Source: Pavona decussata
Taxonomy: Eukaryota
Direction: 5' to 3'
Assembly: GCA_977016875.1 (NCBI GenBank)
Contig: CDRNST010000251.1
Location: 1,302,001 to 1,366,000 of the forward strand
Length of the DNA stretch: 64,000 nt
The position numbers and the translations under genes are program-made. The first letter of the stretch is position 1, and every line of letters begins with the position of its first letter. Shown here piece after piece: positions 13,301 through 23,809 of the stretch. The notes below the pieces were generated by a model. It had not been told where the DNA came from and searched no databases. It was given only the letters and a program-made list of their open reading frames with translations.

Positions 13301-16300
13301 AGTGTGTAAATGTTTCCTCTCGTACGACACGTAGTAGGTTGTGCATTGTTTGAACCTAAACTTTCTGCTCATTGTTGATTTTTATCGCAGTTTTCTTTGA
13401 CACCTCTTCACCTTGCCTGTTGGTATGGACAGGAATCTGTTGTCAGACTGTTGTTAGAACATGGTGCAAACGTCAATGCTGTAGACAGGGTGAGTTGGTT
13501 AGCTAAGTTAAACCTCTTCCATTACCTTGTTAGCCTGTTCATCAATTTTTTTATTGTTACAGAAAGGCAACGTAGTTTTCAACTCCTGTCAGATGTCCAG
13601 TAGCCAAGACCTGTGTTGGGGGTGCTATTACATCTTTAAAGAGTGCCGCCAATTTATCTCAAGCTACAGTATTTCGTAAAAGCTCCACAGCATTCTTTAG
13701 CAACTGTAATTTCCAGTGTTTGCTGAAAACTGTGCATCCTTCACGTGCATATACCCGCACAGGAAATATAAAAGTGTGTTGGCCCGTCTACTTGACATTC
13801 TTCGTTTGTTTTTAGTTTCAACGTACACCTATGCAGAAAGCTGAACGTCACAATCATCAATCCATAGTGCAGTTGCTTCTGAAGAATAATGCGAGACCAA
13901 GTTATCAACAGCCGGTAAGTTATAAAACCGTTTTCTCGCCATTGCCTCTTTGCGAACTATCCTAGGATGACTAGAGCAGAATCCTGTTGGTATTTATTAG
14001 TTATAGGTTGAATATAGTTTGACTGCTTACTAAAATTAAGCTGCCATTCAGATTTCTGTACACAACACAGGGAAACCGCTAATAATTGGCTGGGATACAA
14101 ACTGGTGTTATTTCGGTCTCTTGTGAATCACCATCAAACATAAGCGACTTCTCTTTCTAATCTTGTGTGGAAGCTTTCCAGACCTTTATCTGCAACTTAA
14201 AAAGTATTCAGGTGTTATTGCTCTTCATAAAATGACTATAATTCAACTCTTTCGTGCCGGCAGTTGTTGTTTCTGTTGCCAGTTTCAATTGTCACCATCA
14301 ACAGGTAGTGCGTGATGTTATGCCGATTTTACACTATCTTGAACGTTTTCATTGCAGCCCAGTCTGAAGACATTAGCACGGGAGACTATTTTGCGTGTGG
14401 AAGGACGGTCGGGTTTTAATCTGCTACAAGCAGCTGTCTATGAAGGGGACTATGGTATGGTTGTCAAACTGCACGTGTTTCTTGGTAACGTCGTAAAAAT
14501 GATGAAGTTAGAAACCACAGGAAACGACGCCAAAGTTTTTCCGAGAAAGACTGCAGTTGATATGCTATTAAGCATTGACGACAAAAAGCCAGGCCATGAT
14601 GAGATCTGCACACTCTACCAAGACATGGTCGAGAAAGTCAACACACTATCAGAGTTACACTGCTGTGCACGGAGTGATGATGCAGAAAAAGTGATAGAAC
14701 TCGTGTTGAATGATGGTATGGATATTAATGTTCCCGCAATGTGCAATATTACACCTCTGATCTTAGCGAGTCCATCGTCTTCAAGTATGTTGATCAAGAC
14801 CCTCATTGATCTTGGCGCTGACGTTAATGCCCAAAGAACCGATGAGAGGTGGGTACCTTTGTTGTTGGCGGCGTCTTGGAACAACTACACTACTGCTCGC
14901 CTACTTTTGGAGCATGAGGCTGATGCTAATATTCAAGCTCTTGATGGATGTGCCCCATTGCACTACTCTGTCCGTCATGAATTTGTCAAGGTTTCTCAGC
15001 TTGTTGTTGATTCAGGATGTAACGTCAACCTACTGAACAAGAACGGACGCACCCCACTAGATATTGCAGTTGAGAACATTGATGAAACGCTCGTCCGTTT
15101 GTTGCTAAAAAACAACGCAGATGCAAATGTTCAGGACACTTGTGGATGCACACCACTTATTAGGGCAGTTTTGGAGAATAATGAAGCGCTCGTCAAATTG
15201 TTGCTTGAAAACAACGCAGATACAAGTATTCCTGATCGTGATGGATGGACAGCACTTCATTTGTCTGTTTCGCGAGAATTCTTCAAAGTTTCCAAAGTGC
15301 TTATTGAGTCAGGGTGCAACATCAACCTTCAGAAGGATGGAAGTACCCCGCTACATGACGCAGTTCGGAATAATTACGAAGCACTTGTCAAATTATTGCT
15401 CATAAAAGACGCAGATGCAAATATTTCGGACACGTCTGGCTGTACTCCACTTCACAGGTCTGTTGAGCGAGGATTCTTCAAAGTGTCCAAACTTCTTGTT
15501 GAGTCAGAGTGTAATATCAATTTCCAAAACAAGAACGGACGCACCCCGCTACATTATGCAGTTTGGAACAGCGATGAAGCGCTCGTCAAATTGTTGCTTG
15601 AAAACAACGCAGATGCAAATATTCCAGGCACTGATGGATGTACACCACTTCATGCATCTGCCGACCGTGGATCTTACAAAGTTTCCAAACTTCTTGTTGA
15701 TTCAGGATGCAACATCAACTCTCAGGATGAGCACGGAAGTACCCCGCTTCATAACGCAGCTTGGAGCAGTAACGTAGAACTCGTCAAATTGTTGCTGGAA
15801 CAGAACGCAGACGCAGATATTCCAGATTCTTACAGAAGTACTCCACTTCATAGGTCTGTTGAGCGAGGAGTTTTCAAAGTTTTCAAACTTCTTCTTGAGT
15901 CAGGGTGCACCATCAACCCTCAGGATGAGCATGGAAGCACTCCGCTACATAATGTAGTTGGAAGGAGGAACGAAGCACTCGTCAAACTGTTGCTTAAAAA
16001 CAACGTAGATGCAAATAAACCAGGCGCTGATGGATGCACACCACTTCATATGTCTGTTGAGCGTGGATCTTACAAAGTTTCCAAACTTTTTGTTGATTCA
16101 GGGTGCAACATCAACCCTCAGGATGAGCACGGAAGTATTCCGCTACATAATGCAGTTTGCAACAATAATGAAGCACTCGTCAAATTGCTGCTTGAAAACA
16201 ATGCGGATGCAAATATTTCAGTCACTGACGGATGCACACCACTTCATGCATCTGCTGACCGTGGATCTTACAAAGTTTCCAAACTTCTTATTGATTCAGG

Positions 16301-18035
16301 GTGCAACATCAACTCTCAGGATGAGCACGGAAGTACCCCGCTACATAATGCAGTTGGCAATAATGATGAAGCACTTGTCAAATTGCTGCTTGAAAACAAT
16401 GCGGATGCAAATATTCCAGGCACTGATGGATGCACACCACTTCATGCGTCTGCTGATCGTGGATTATACAAAGTTTCCAAACTTCTTGTTGATTCAGGGT
16501 GCAACATCAACTCTGAGGATGAGCACGGAAGTACCCCGCTACATAATGCAGTTGGCAATAATGATGAAGCACTCGTCAAATTGCTGCTTGAAAACAAGGC
16601 AGATGCAGATATTCCAGGCACTGATGGATGCACACCGGTTCATGCGTCTGCTGACCGTGGATTATACAAAGTTTCCAAACTTCTTGTTGATTCAGGGTGC
16701 AATATCAACTCTCAGGATGAGCACGGAAGTACCCCGCTACATGATGCAGTTGGCAATAATGATGAAGCACTCGTCAAATTGCTGCTTGAAAACAACGCAG
16801 ATGCAAATATTCCAGGCACTGATGGATGCACACCACTTCATGTGTCTGCTGACCGTGGATCTTACAAAGTTTCCAAACTTCTTGTTGATTCAGGGTGCAA
16901 TATCAACTCTCAGGATGAGCGCGGAAGTACCCCGCTTCATAACGCAGCTTGCAGCAGTGACGAAGAACTCATCAAATTGTTGCTGGAACACAAGGCAGAC
17001 GCAAATTTTCCAGATTCTTATGGACGTACTGCACTTCATAGGTCTGTTGAGTGCGGAGTTTTCAAAGTTTCCGAAGTTCTTCTTGAGTCAGGGTGCAACA
17101 TCAACGCTCAGGATAAGCACGGAAGAACTCCACTACAAAACGCAGTTGAAGAGAGGAACGAAGCACTCGTCAAACTGTTGCTGGAAAACAACGCAGATGC
17201 AGATATTCCACGTACTGATGGATGGACACCACTTCATGTGTCTGTTGACCGTGGATTATACAAAGTTTCCAAACTTCTTATTGATTCTGGGTGCAATATC
17301 AACTCTCAGGATGCGCACGGAAGTACCCCGCTACATAATGCAGTTGGCAATAATGATGAAGTACTCGTCAAATTGCTGCTTGAAAACAACGCAGATGCAA
17401 ATATTTCAGGTAGTGGTGGATGCACACCACTTTATGTGTCTGTTGAGCGTGCATCTTACAAAGTTTCCAAACTTCTTGTTGATTCAGGGTGCAACATCAA
17501 CCTTCAGAATGAGCATGGAAGTACCGCGCTTCATAACGCAGTTTGGAGCAGTGACGAAGAACTGGTAAAATTGTTGCTCGAACACAACGCAGATGCAAAT
17601 ATTCCAGACTCTTATGGACGTACTCCACTTCATAGGTCTGTTGAGCGAGGAGTTTTCAAAGTTTCCAAACGTCTTGTTGATTCAGGGTGCAACATCAACC
17701 TCCAGGAAAAGAACGGAAGTACCCCGCTGCATAACGCAGTTTGGAACGTTGACCAAACACACGTCAAATTGTTGCTTAAAAATAACGCAGATGCAAATAT
17801 CCCTGACACTGATGGATATACACCACTTCATTTGTCTGTTTTGAAAAAAGTTTTAAGAGTTTCCAAACTTCTTATTGAATCAGGGTGCAACATCAACCTA
17901 AGGGACAAAGGCGGGAGCACCCCACTAGATATCGCAGAGCAAAATAATGATGCATCTCTTCTCAAATTTTTGAAACGAAACATCTCAAAATTCATCTCTG
18001 CAAGAATCGGTTTCAAAGTGGCGTCATTTCGCTGA
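4660..18035 (+). CDS. Multi-exon GT4 glycosyltransferase - TRADD-N-like - ankyrin-repeat gene (paralogue 2), 5'-truncated and MITE-interrupted. Exons: ~4660-4994/6819-7378, 8247-8408, 9486-9896, 12004-12077, 13030-13128, 13391-13489, 13816-13914, 14358-18035
   Basis: All introns are GT-AG with matching phases (1,1,1,0,0,0,0) and the joined frame is open once the MITE is removed. It contains a GT4 signature, a GSL...LWxDY.SG.L domain, three 99-bp single-ankyrin exons and a 3.7-kb ankyrin terminal exon. Confidence 0.75.
4995..6814. mobile_element. Non-autonomous TIR DNA transposon with TTAA TSD (Kolobok-like, purine termini)
   Basis: TIR AGGGATACTCTAG(A/C)CCCCAAAACAACTT at both ends; TTAA at 4991-4994 and 6815-6818; interrupts an open exon. 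Confidence 0.92.
7694..7731 (-). ncRNA. Minimal type-I hammerhead ribozyme motif (Penelope-associated type)
   Basis: Minus strand reads ttg-CTGAAGA-aGGC-aacagtagtg-GCC-GAAA-CGTC-cag: catalytic core, stem II, palindromic ACGT stem III and a GUC cleavage triplet. Confidence 0.6.
9055..9290 (+). mobile_element. Degenerate tRNA-derived SINE in an intron
   Basis: A-box-like ggcatagtggtgagagcact and B-box-like gggttggattccc, followed by a SINE-core-like body. Confidence 0.5.
9486..9896 (+). CDS. Exon encoding a TRADD-N-like (DEDD C-terminal-like) domain
   Basis: LEKAYHLALVSVNVGSLEIVVRCPNLESLQRLWSDYLSGRLNEEVERHLMTEEIKRKLNLETVRLKTTIEE. The GSL...L..LW.DY.SG.L pattern is typical of this fold. Phase-1 splice sites on both sides. 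Confidence 0.7.
10645..11349. mobile_element. MITE with long TIRs and TTAA TSD
   Basis: ttaa-GGTTACCATATACC...GGTATAGGGTAACC-ttaa, with about 140 bp of imperfect inverted arms. Confidence 0.85.
14358..18035 (+). CDS. Terminal exon with ~33 ankyrin repeats
   Basis: 1227-aa ORF; acceptor ttgcag at 14352-14357; 198-bp higher-order repeat over about 15.3-17.9 kb. Confidence 0.93.
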   Translation, partial: PSLKTLARETILRVEGRSGFNLLQAAVYEGDYGMVVKLHVFLGNVVKMMKLETTGNDAKVFPRKTAVDMLLSIDDKKPGHDEICTLYQDMVEKVNTLSELHCCARSDDAEKVIELVLNDGMDINVPAMCNITPLILASPSSSSMLIKTLIDLGADVNAQRTDERWVPLLLAASWNNYTTARLLLEHEADANIQALDGCAPLHYSVRHEFVKVSQLVVDSGCNVNLLNKNGRTPLDIAVENIDETLVRLLLKNNADANVQDTCGCTPLIRAVLENNEALVKLLLENNADTSIPDRDGWTALHLSVSREFFKVSKVLIESGCNINLQKDGSTPLHDAVRNNYEALVKLLLIKDADANISDTSGCTPLHRSVERGFFKVSKLLVESECNINFQNKNGRTPLHYAVWNSDEALVKLLLENNADANIPGTDGCTPLHASADRGSYKVSKLLVDSGCNINSQDEHGSTPLHNAAWSSNVELVKLLLEQNADADIPDSYRSTPLHRSVERGVFKVFKLLLESGCTINPQDEHGSTPLHNVVGRRNEALVKLLLKNNVDANKPGADGCTPLHMSVERGSYKVSKLFVDSGCNINPQDEHGSIPLHNAVCNNNEALVKLLLENNADANISVTDGCTPLHASADRGSYKVSKLLIDSGCNINSQDEHGSTPLHNAVGNNDEALVKLLLENNADANIPGTDGCTPLHASADRGLYKVSKLLVDSGCNINSEDEHGSTPLHNAVGNNDEALVKLLLENKADADIPGTDGCTPVHASADRGLYKVSKLLVDSGCNINSQDEHGSTPLHDAVGNNDEALVKLLLENNADANIPGTDGCTPLHVSADRGSYKVSKLLVDSGCNINSQDERGSTPLHNAACSSDEELIKLLLEHKADANFPDSYGRTALHRSVECGVFKVSEVLLESGCNINAQDKHGRTPLQNAVEERNEALVKLLLENNADADIPRTDGWTPLHVSVDRGLYKVSKLLIDSGCNINSQDAHGSTPLHNAVGNNDEVLVKLLLENNADANISGSGGCTPLYVSVERASYKVSKLLVDSGCNINLQNEHGSTALHNAVWSSDEELVKLLLEHNADANIPDSYGRTPLHRSVERGVFKVSKRLVDSGCNINLQEKNGSTPLHNAVWNVDQTHVKLLLKNNADANIPDTDGYTPLHLSVLKKVLRVSKLLIESGCNINLRDKGGSTPLDIAEQNNDASLLKFLKRNISKFISARIGFKVASFR

Positions 18036-18529
18036 GATGGTGAGAGGAGGCCATCTCCTACATAAACCAGCAAGGCCCTGACTTCTAAGCATGGAAGAGA
18101 AGACAGAAACACCAGGATCAGACAAAGGAGACGTATTACCGCCTAAATCTGCTGGTATGCCCCATGATATTATCACAGAAACACTAGAAGTGTCACTGGT
18201 GAAACAACAAACGCCAGAGCTAGAGACAAATGTAGGGCAAGAAAAAGAAAAGCCATAATTGTCAGAGGAAATGCAGATAAACAAGAAGAAACACAGGCCA
18301 GAGTAATAGCGTTCAATCATGGTAATAGGAGAGAGTGGATTCCAGTTCAGTCTGTAATAACATGAGTCCTTAACCCCTCAGAGTCAACAACATGAACGGA
18401 AGTCCGATTAGTTTACCTAATTACTCGTAACAGCTCTGCAGTGTTGATTAAATTTTTGGACTTTTGCTGGAGCGCTTATTGGAGGCGCTAATTTAATGCC
18501 GCTGTTTTACAAGCCGCAATTTACGGCTT

Positions 18530-18920
18530 TCCATTCCGTTTCTGGTAACTGGAGAAAATCTGGACCTTTTTGCCATGGACTGCTATAATCGATCTCGTCA
18601 GGTCTCTTGCCTCGCATGAGCCAATCTGCGAGGTTCTACTCGTGCTCAATCCAGTACCAGTTTTGAGGCTTCATGCCATCTTGGATCTCTCCAATGCACC
18701 TACCTCAAACTTGCTGAATCCATAGGACTCCTTACGGACCATGACATACACTATCCGTGAGTCAACAATGTGGAAGCACGTGGTGAACTGATATCGGGAC
18801 TCTCTCCGTCAGTTGTTTCAGTCGCTTATTCAGCACTGTTCCAAACAACTCGATCCGGTCAATGGACATTCTCTTAATCGGAGCAAGGCGATTTTTGGAT
18901 ATGACAAGATAACTGTCTAA
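18530..18920 (-). mobile_element. BEL/Pao LTR-retrotransposon RNase H-region fragment (degenerate)
   Basis: SYLVISKNRLAPIKRMSIDRIELFGTVL matches the Pao consensus L..SK.RVAP.K..TIPRLEL.GA.L. Confidence 0.8.
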
Positions 18921-19164
18921 TCTTCCCCCGTCCGTCCCCGTCAGAATATTTTCATTTTTGTGTAATTGTTTGCCATATTCCATAGTGATTTTGCATTAGT
19001 TTTTCTAATTCAGATATGGAAAGCGCAAAATTCACGATTTACTGATTTCAAGTTTTTTTTCTTTATCGTCGTCATCCTAATATCGTTTTACCGAGATATT
19101 AATGCTTACAAACTTCAGCCCAAAACCAGTAACTAGTATAAATTTCACATCAATCGGTATCAGA

Positions 19165-20170
19165 GATAATAATATACAAAAATTTCTGCAATCTGGTTGG
19201 TGAAGAGCGGCTCAATTTATCCTAAATGTAGCGCAGAAATGTGAAATTGAGTAGACAAAGTTGAAATTATTGCAACGATGGTGGAATTAAAATGATTGAC
19301 AGGTACGCAAATTTGCAAATAGGCTGTCTCGAAACAAAATGGCGAACAGGTTTGAAGAGAGTAACAGCATTTTGATTCGAAGTTTAAAGGAAATTGCAAA
19401 GAAACTCAACAAAGCACAAACAACAGGCTAACATTTTGGAGGTCTTGGACAGCACAAAAGGGCTACGACCAAAATATTGAAAACTATGAACCGGAGGTAG
19501 TCAACAAAATTCTCGAGGATTTCCACGCAACAGTGCGTGAAGAAGACGGGAAAGACTACACAAGCATGGCAGTCTTCCCACTGCAATTGAACGTTACCTA
19601 AGAAGGTAAGGTTACAAATACTCCACAATTAAAAGGCTTTGAAGTACAATTCCTGGTACAAACAGTTTGGTAGCTCCTTACTCAACATTTTGGCGTAGGG
19701 CATCATGTTGAAGATTTCCATGTCGGCTTGGACGAAAACAAACGTTGAATTCATTGAGGACGAGACTAAAACACGCCAGTCTAGACTGTCTGCAAAACCC
19801 CGGCTCCTGAAATCCAGTCAGTTCGAAAACATGCAGAGGACGGTGATTGACTTCAGACTTCTTTTCACATTGACTTAAAATTATGCTTTGTGATTTGAAA
19901 ACTGTTAGGATGATGGTATTTTTAGCATGTTTTCTTATGTCAATCAAGCTTGTCATTTCTGAAACCAATCAAAGATATGTAGGCGGAGCATTAGCTGACG
20001 GACAAGAAATAAACAAAAGCTCATTTGAAATTTTTGTATGTATATTATTAACAAGTAATCACATGATTTCTCTCGTGTAATTTGGAATAAATAAGCACTT
20101 GTAAAATTTTTAAAGACCGCAAATTGCACTCGCCCTACGGGCTCGTGCAATTTTCTTAGCCATTTAAAAT

Positions 20171-20201
<31 letters not shown>

Positions 20202-20225
20202 TCGGAATCATGTGATTACCTATAC
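19165..20225 (+). mobile_element. Degenerate Crypton-like (DUF3504 tyrosine-recombinase) element
   Basis: Broken reading ENYEPEVVNKILEDFHATVREEDGKDY...AIERYL...VEFIEDETKTRQ; terminal ~110-bp palindrome at 20082-20193. Confidence 0.6.
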
Positions 20226-21548
20226 AAACTGCGTAATAGGCAGTTGAAAAAGTGAAGTATGGTCCCTCAAAGATTGTATCGAAACACCTTAAAAATCTGT
20301 TACAAACTGAAATGGAACTTTCTTTAGTACCAGTAAGGTAGCTGGGAGATGATGACAGCTCTCGGCCAAAAGACAACTTTTGAATGCCAATCTTTGTTTA
20401 GATTTAAATCTAGATTTAAGACATTTGATTTCAAATTAACACCTTTATTTCCATTTTAGTTGTTATCCTTATCTTGCAAGTTAAAAATGTCTTTATTTTA
20501 ATATTCCTTGGTTATCATAATCCCTATGAAGGCTTGTGAAACCTGGACTTCTTATCTCAATAAAGCTGTCTCCCTCGTCTTCCGTTCAAAACCTCTTTAA
20601 AAATGAAAACGGAAAGGATGATTTGGTTTCCACTAACGAAAATTTTCTATACCAAAGTAATGTTTTGAGCGTGGATTTACCTGCCTCAGATCGGCTTTAA
20701 GATTAAACTCCAGACAGTTGTCCTCGACATATCAATGGCTTAAACCATCTAGTGCTTTTTCAATTAAATTATTGCACTGAGATTACAGAGCACGAATTCG
20801 AGAAAACTGAGAAATCCTTTGTTTACGTTGCAGTTTATTGGTGCGATCAAATGTTTTTTAGACTTTCTTAAGCTAATTAGTAATTAATGCAGAGAAAACA
20901 AAGGCTACCGCGGAGGAGGTTTGGAGAAATTAATAAGAGGTTAATAATCATAAAATTTGGTGAACTATCGCTTTGAATTTCTCCAAGAATTTTTTTTGGT
21001 TTTGAGAAGCTATATCAAACATTCGCAGGAGTGTTTCATCCGATTTCCAAACACCTCGAAGTTGGTTGAAAAAACTCCAACGGCTGCGCCTCGTTTTGTT
21101 GGACTTCAGTTGAAACACTCTTCCTCGAGTTTGATACATTCTGCCCAACACCTGCTTGCTTGCCAAGTCGCCTCCCTTAGGGTTAGATCTCCCTTTTAGC
21201 GGGCGTCTTGCGAACTCGTCAAACCAAAGCCTTCCTAATCACGTGCCCTTGTCCCTGTCAGTCCCTAGTGAGTTTCATCCAGGTTAGTTTTCAAAATGTT
21301 GTTAGTAAAATTATTTCGGATTATACTCTAATTAGAGGATCACGATTACGTGAGTGTAGTAGTCTAAACGTTTGCTTGAAAGTTTTTGACACGCCTGTCA
21401 ACGCGATGCTCGCTCACGAAATGTGTTCAAATATCTTGGTTATTGTATAAAACAAAAAGATTTCATCTTGCTGTCGGTCTATACTCTGTTAGCATTCCTC
21501 AGTGACCGACTATCACGTAAACACGCAATCTGAGATGGTCAATCTTAA

Positions 21549-22519
21549 AGGCTGGTTTCCATATGATCGCAGATCGCAATAAGGACAATAAGGTCTGCGA
21601 TCGTCTGCGATCATATGGAAACATACTTCTGCGATCGTCTGCGATCACGATCGCAGACGATGGCAGAAGATAGAACATAAAGGCTGGTTTCCGTATGATC
21701 GCAGATCGCAATAAGGTCTGCGATCATATGGAAACATACTTCTGCGATCGTCTGCGATCCTGCGATCGTGATCGCAGACGATAGAACCATGTTCTATCTC
21801 CTGCGATCAATGGCGATTGTGCGATCATATGGAAACCAAAGTTTTGCGATCCGCGATCCATCCGTTTGATTGTAGGAACGGTCTACGTAGCAACAATCAT
21901 TTCGTTGTCATTTCGAGGAATTTATGGAGGAAGTTGCTCGTTATGAACGTGTTTACAATCGCAGCAGCAAAGATTTTAAAGACAAGAACAAAAACGCCAA
22001 CTGTTGGGACAAAATCGGGCAGAAGTTTAATTTATCGGCCGGGGAAGCGGAGGCCAAATTTCGCAACATAATAGCTGCGTACGGTCGTTATCGAATTCAA
22101 AACCGATGTTTTTGACGGTTTTGGAGCTGACGACGACTCGCTTCATGACAAACAGAAGAAGTAAATTTGCTTGCGGCAAAATTTCCGCTCTTCCACGTTG
22201 CGATGTTGTTTGCTTTTCAGCCTACACGCGCGTGTAACTATATTTGACATTTCCGCTGACCAAAACGTATGGCTACGGTCGGCTCTGCGATCGTTGCGAT
22301 TATATGGAAACAGCCTTTTCTGCGATCGTCTGCGATTGTTTGCCATCTGCGATCGTCTGCGATCATATGGAAACCAGCCTTTAGATAGAACATGGTTCTA
22401 TCTTCTGCGATCGTCTGCGATCACGATCGCAGAAGTATGTTTTAGATGTTTCCATATGATCGCAGACGATCGCAGACCTTATTGCGATCTGCGATCCGCG
22501 ATCATATGGAAACCAGCCT
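21549..22519. mobile_element. Nested PIF/Harbinger non-autonomous elements; the inner copy (21681-22380) has a MADF/Myb-SANT fragment at 21921-22090
   Basis: TIR AGGCTGGTTTCCATATGATCGC with TAA TSD (21546-21548, 22520-22522). A second pair of the same TIRs lies inside. FMEEVARYERVYNRSSKDFKDKNKNANCWDKIG...KFRNI..AYGRY is MADF-like. Confidence 0.85.
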
Positions 22520-22935
22520 TAAACGTGCAGCGTCAGTGCAACCATCGAGTTATGGATGCACGCGAGAGGTTGTTAAGCACGAAAGAAGAGTAAGAGTACG
22601 CCTTAAGCAACTCTAGCTTCTTGAGTGCTTAGCAAACCTCCCAAGTGCATCAATAACTCGATGGTTGCACAGCTGGGGTGTTTACGATTTCTTTTATAAC
22701 ATAAATTAATCTGCAAGTTTCTTAATTTCAATCCTGGTATTATTCACGCGTGTAGTTGACTTTACGGACTTATATGCTGTCAGAAAAAATACTTAACACA
22801 TCTTAACTTAAGAGGGCTTTGTGAATCTAGCCCCAGGGATGTATTAAGGAGCATTATTTGCTGTAATGTCGTATCCTAGAGACATTGATTGTAAAGCGCT
22901 GTTGATCTGTCTTAAATGGCGCTCCAGAAGTAATA

Positions 22936-22936
22936 A

Positions 22937-22988
<52 letters not shown>
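22936..22988. repeat. (TTA)n microsatellite
   Basis: Perfect trinucleotide run. Confidence 0.95.
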
Positions 22989-22990
<2 letters not shown>

Positions 22991-23134
22991 TAGTTACCTG
23001 TGGCATGTCTGCGCGGCTTCCTCTTGTCCTGCGTACGAGATATTTTCTTCAAGCTGCACTCTCAGCATTTGGGTTAATTGGACTATATAGACTTGGTTTT
23101 TAACTAACTCTCAACCTGGAGTATGTTCTTACTA

Positions 23135-23733
23135 CAGTCAAACCTGTATATAACGGCCACCCTCGGGACTTGAGTAACTGGCTGCTTAATACAGGTGGCC
23201 GCTTAATACAGGATCACTAAAAATACTCACTGGGTGTGGTGTAATGTCAATTTTAATGGCGTATCATACAAAAACACTTCATGCAAGGAAACAAAAGGAC
23301 AATCAACAAATGTTCAATGTCACATGGCTGAAGAACAAGTTAATTTAAGAGGAATTTCTTGCTAAAGAGTGAAGCATATTTAAAACAAACTTTTTTTTTT
23401 AGCGTTCGTGATATAGTACTGTACTTCAGCACATTGCCGACATCTGAAAAGCGTTAACTTTATAGTGATGCTGGATTGCATTTTAAACACAATAAAATAC
23501 CGCATAAAATAACATATGGCTTAGTTTCCATTCAAGGGTGGCAGCTTAATACAGGTGAAAATAACAAAGAAAGACAAACATAGGACTGCTACAGGGTGGC
23601 TGCGGCCGCTTAATAGAGGTGGCCGCCTAATACAGGTAACAAATACAGCGTTTGTATGAGCAAACAATCAGGACTTTAAAAACTGGCCGCTTAATAGAGG
23701 GTGGTACAAGGCCGTTATATACAGGTTCGACTG
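23135..23733. mobile_element. Tc1/mariner-pogo type MITE
   Basis: TA-CAGTC(A/G)AACCTGTATATAACGGCC TIRs with TA TSD; internal ggccgcttaata repeats. Confidence 0.9.
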
Positions 23734-23809
23734 TATGTTCTTAAATTTTGGTCAATCTTAGCCTCAACGAGTCGTTATAAAACAAGGTTATTATAAGAAA
23801 AGACTACGT

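Noticed and set aside
23802-23809. Target-site duplication for the 36-kb element (compared with 59929-59936)
   Set aside because: GACTACGT vs CTTTTCGT share only the last 3 bases, so this is not accepted as a TSD.
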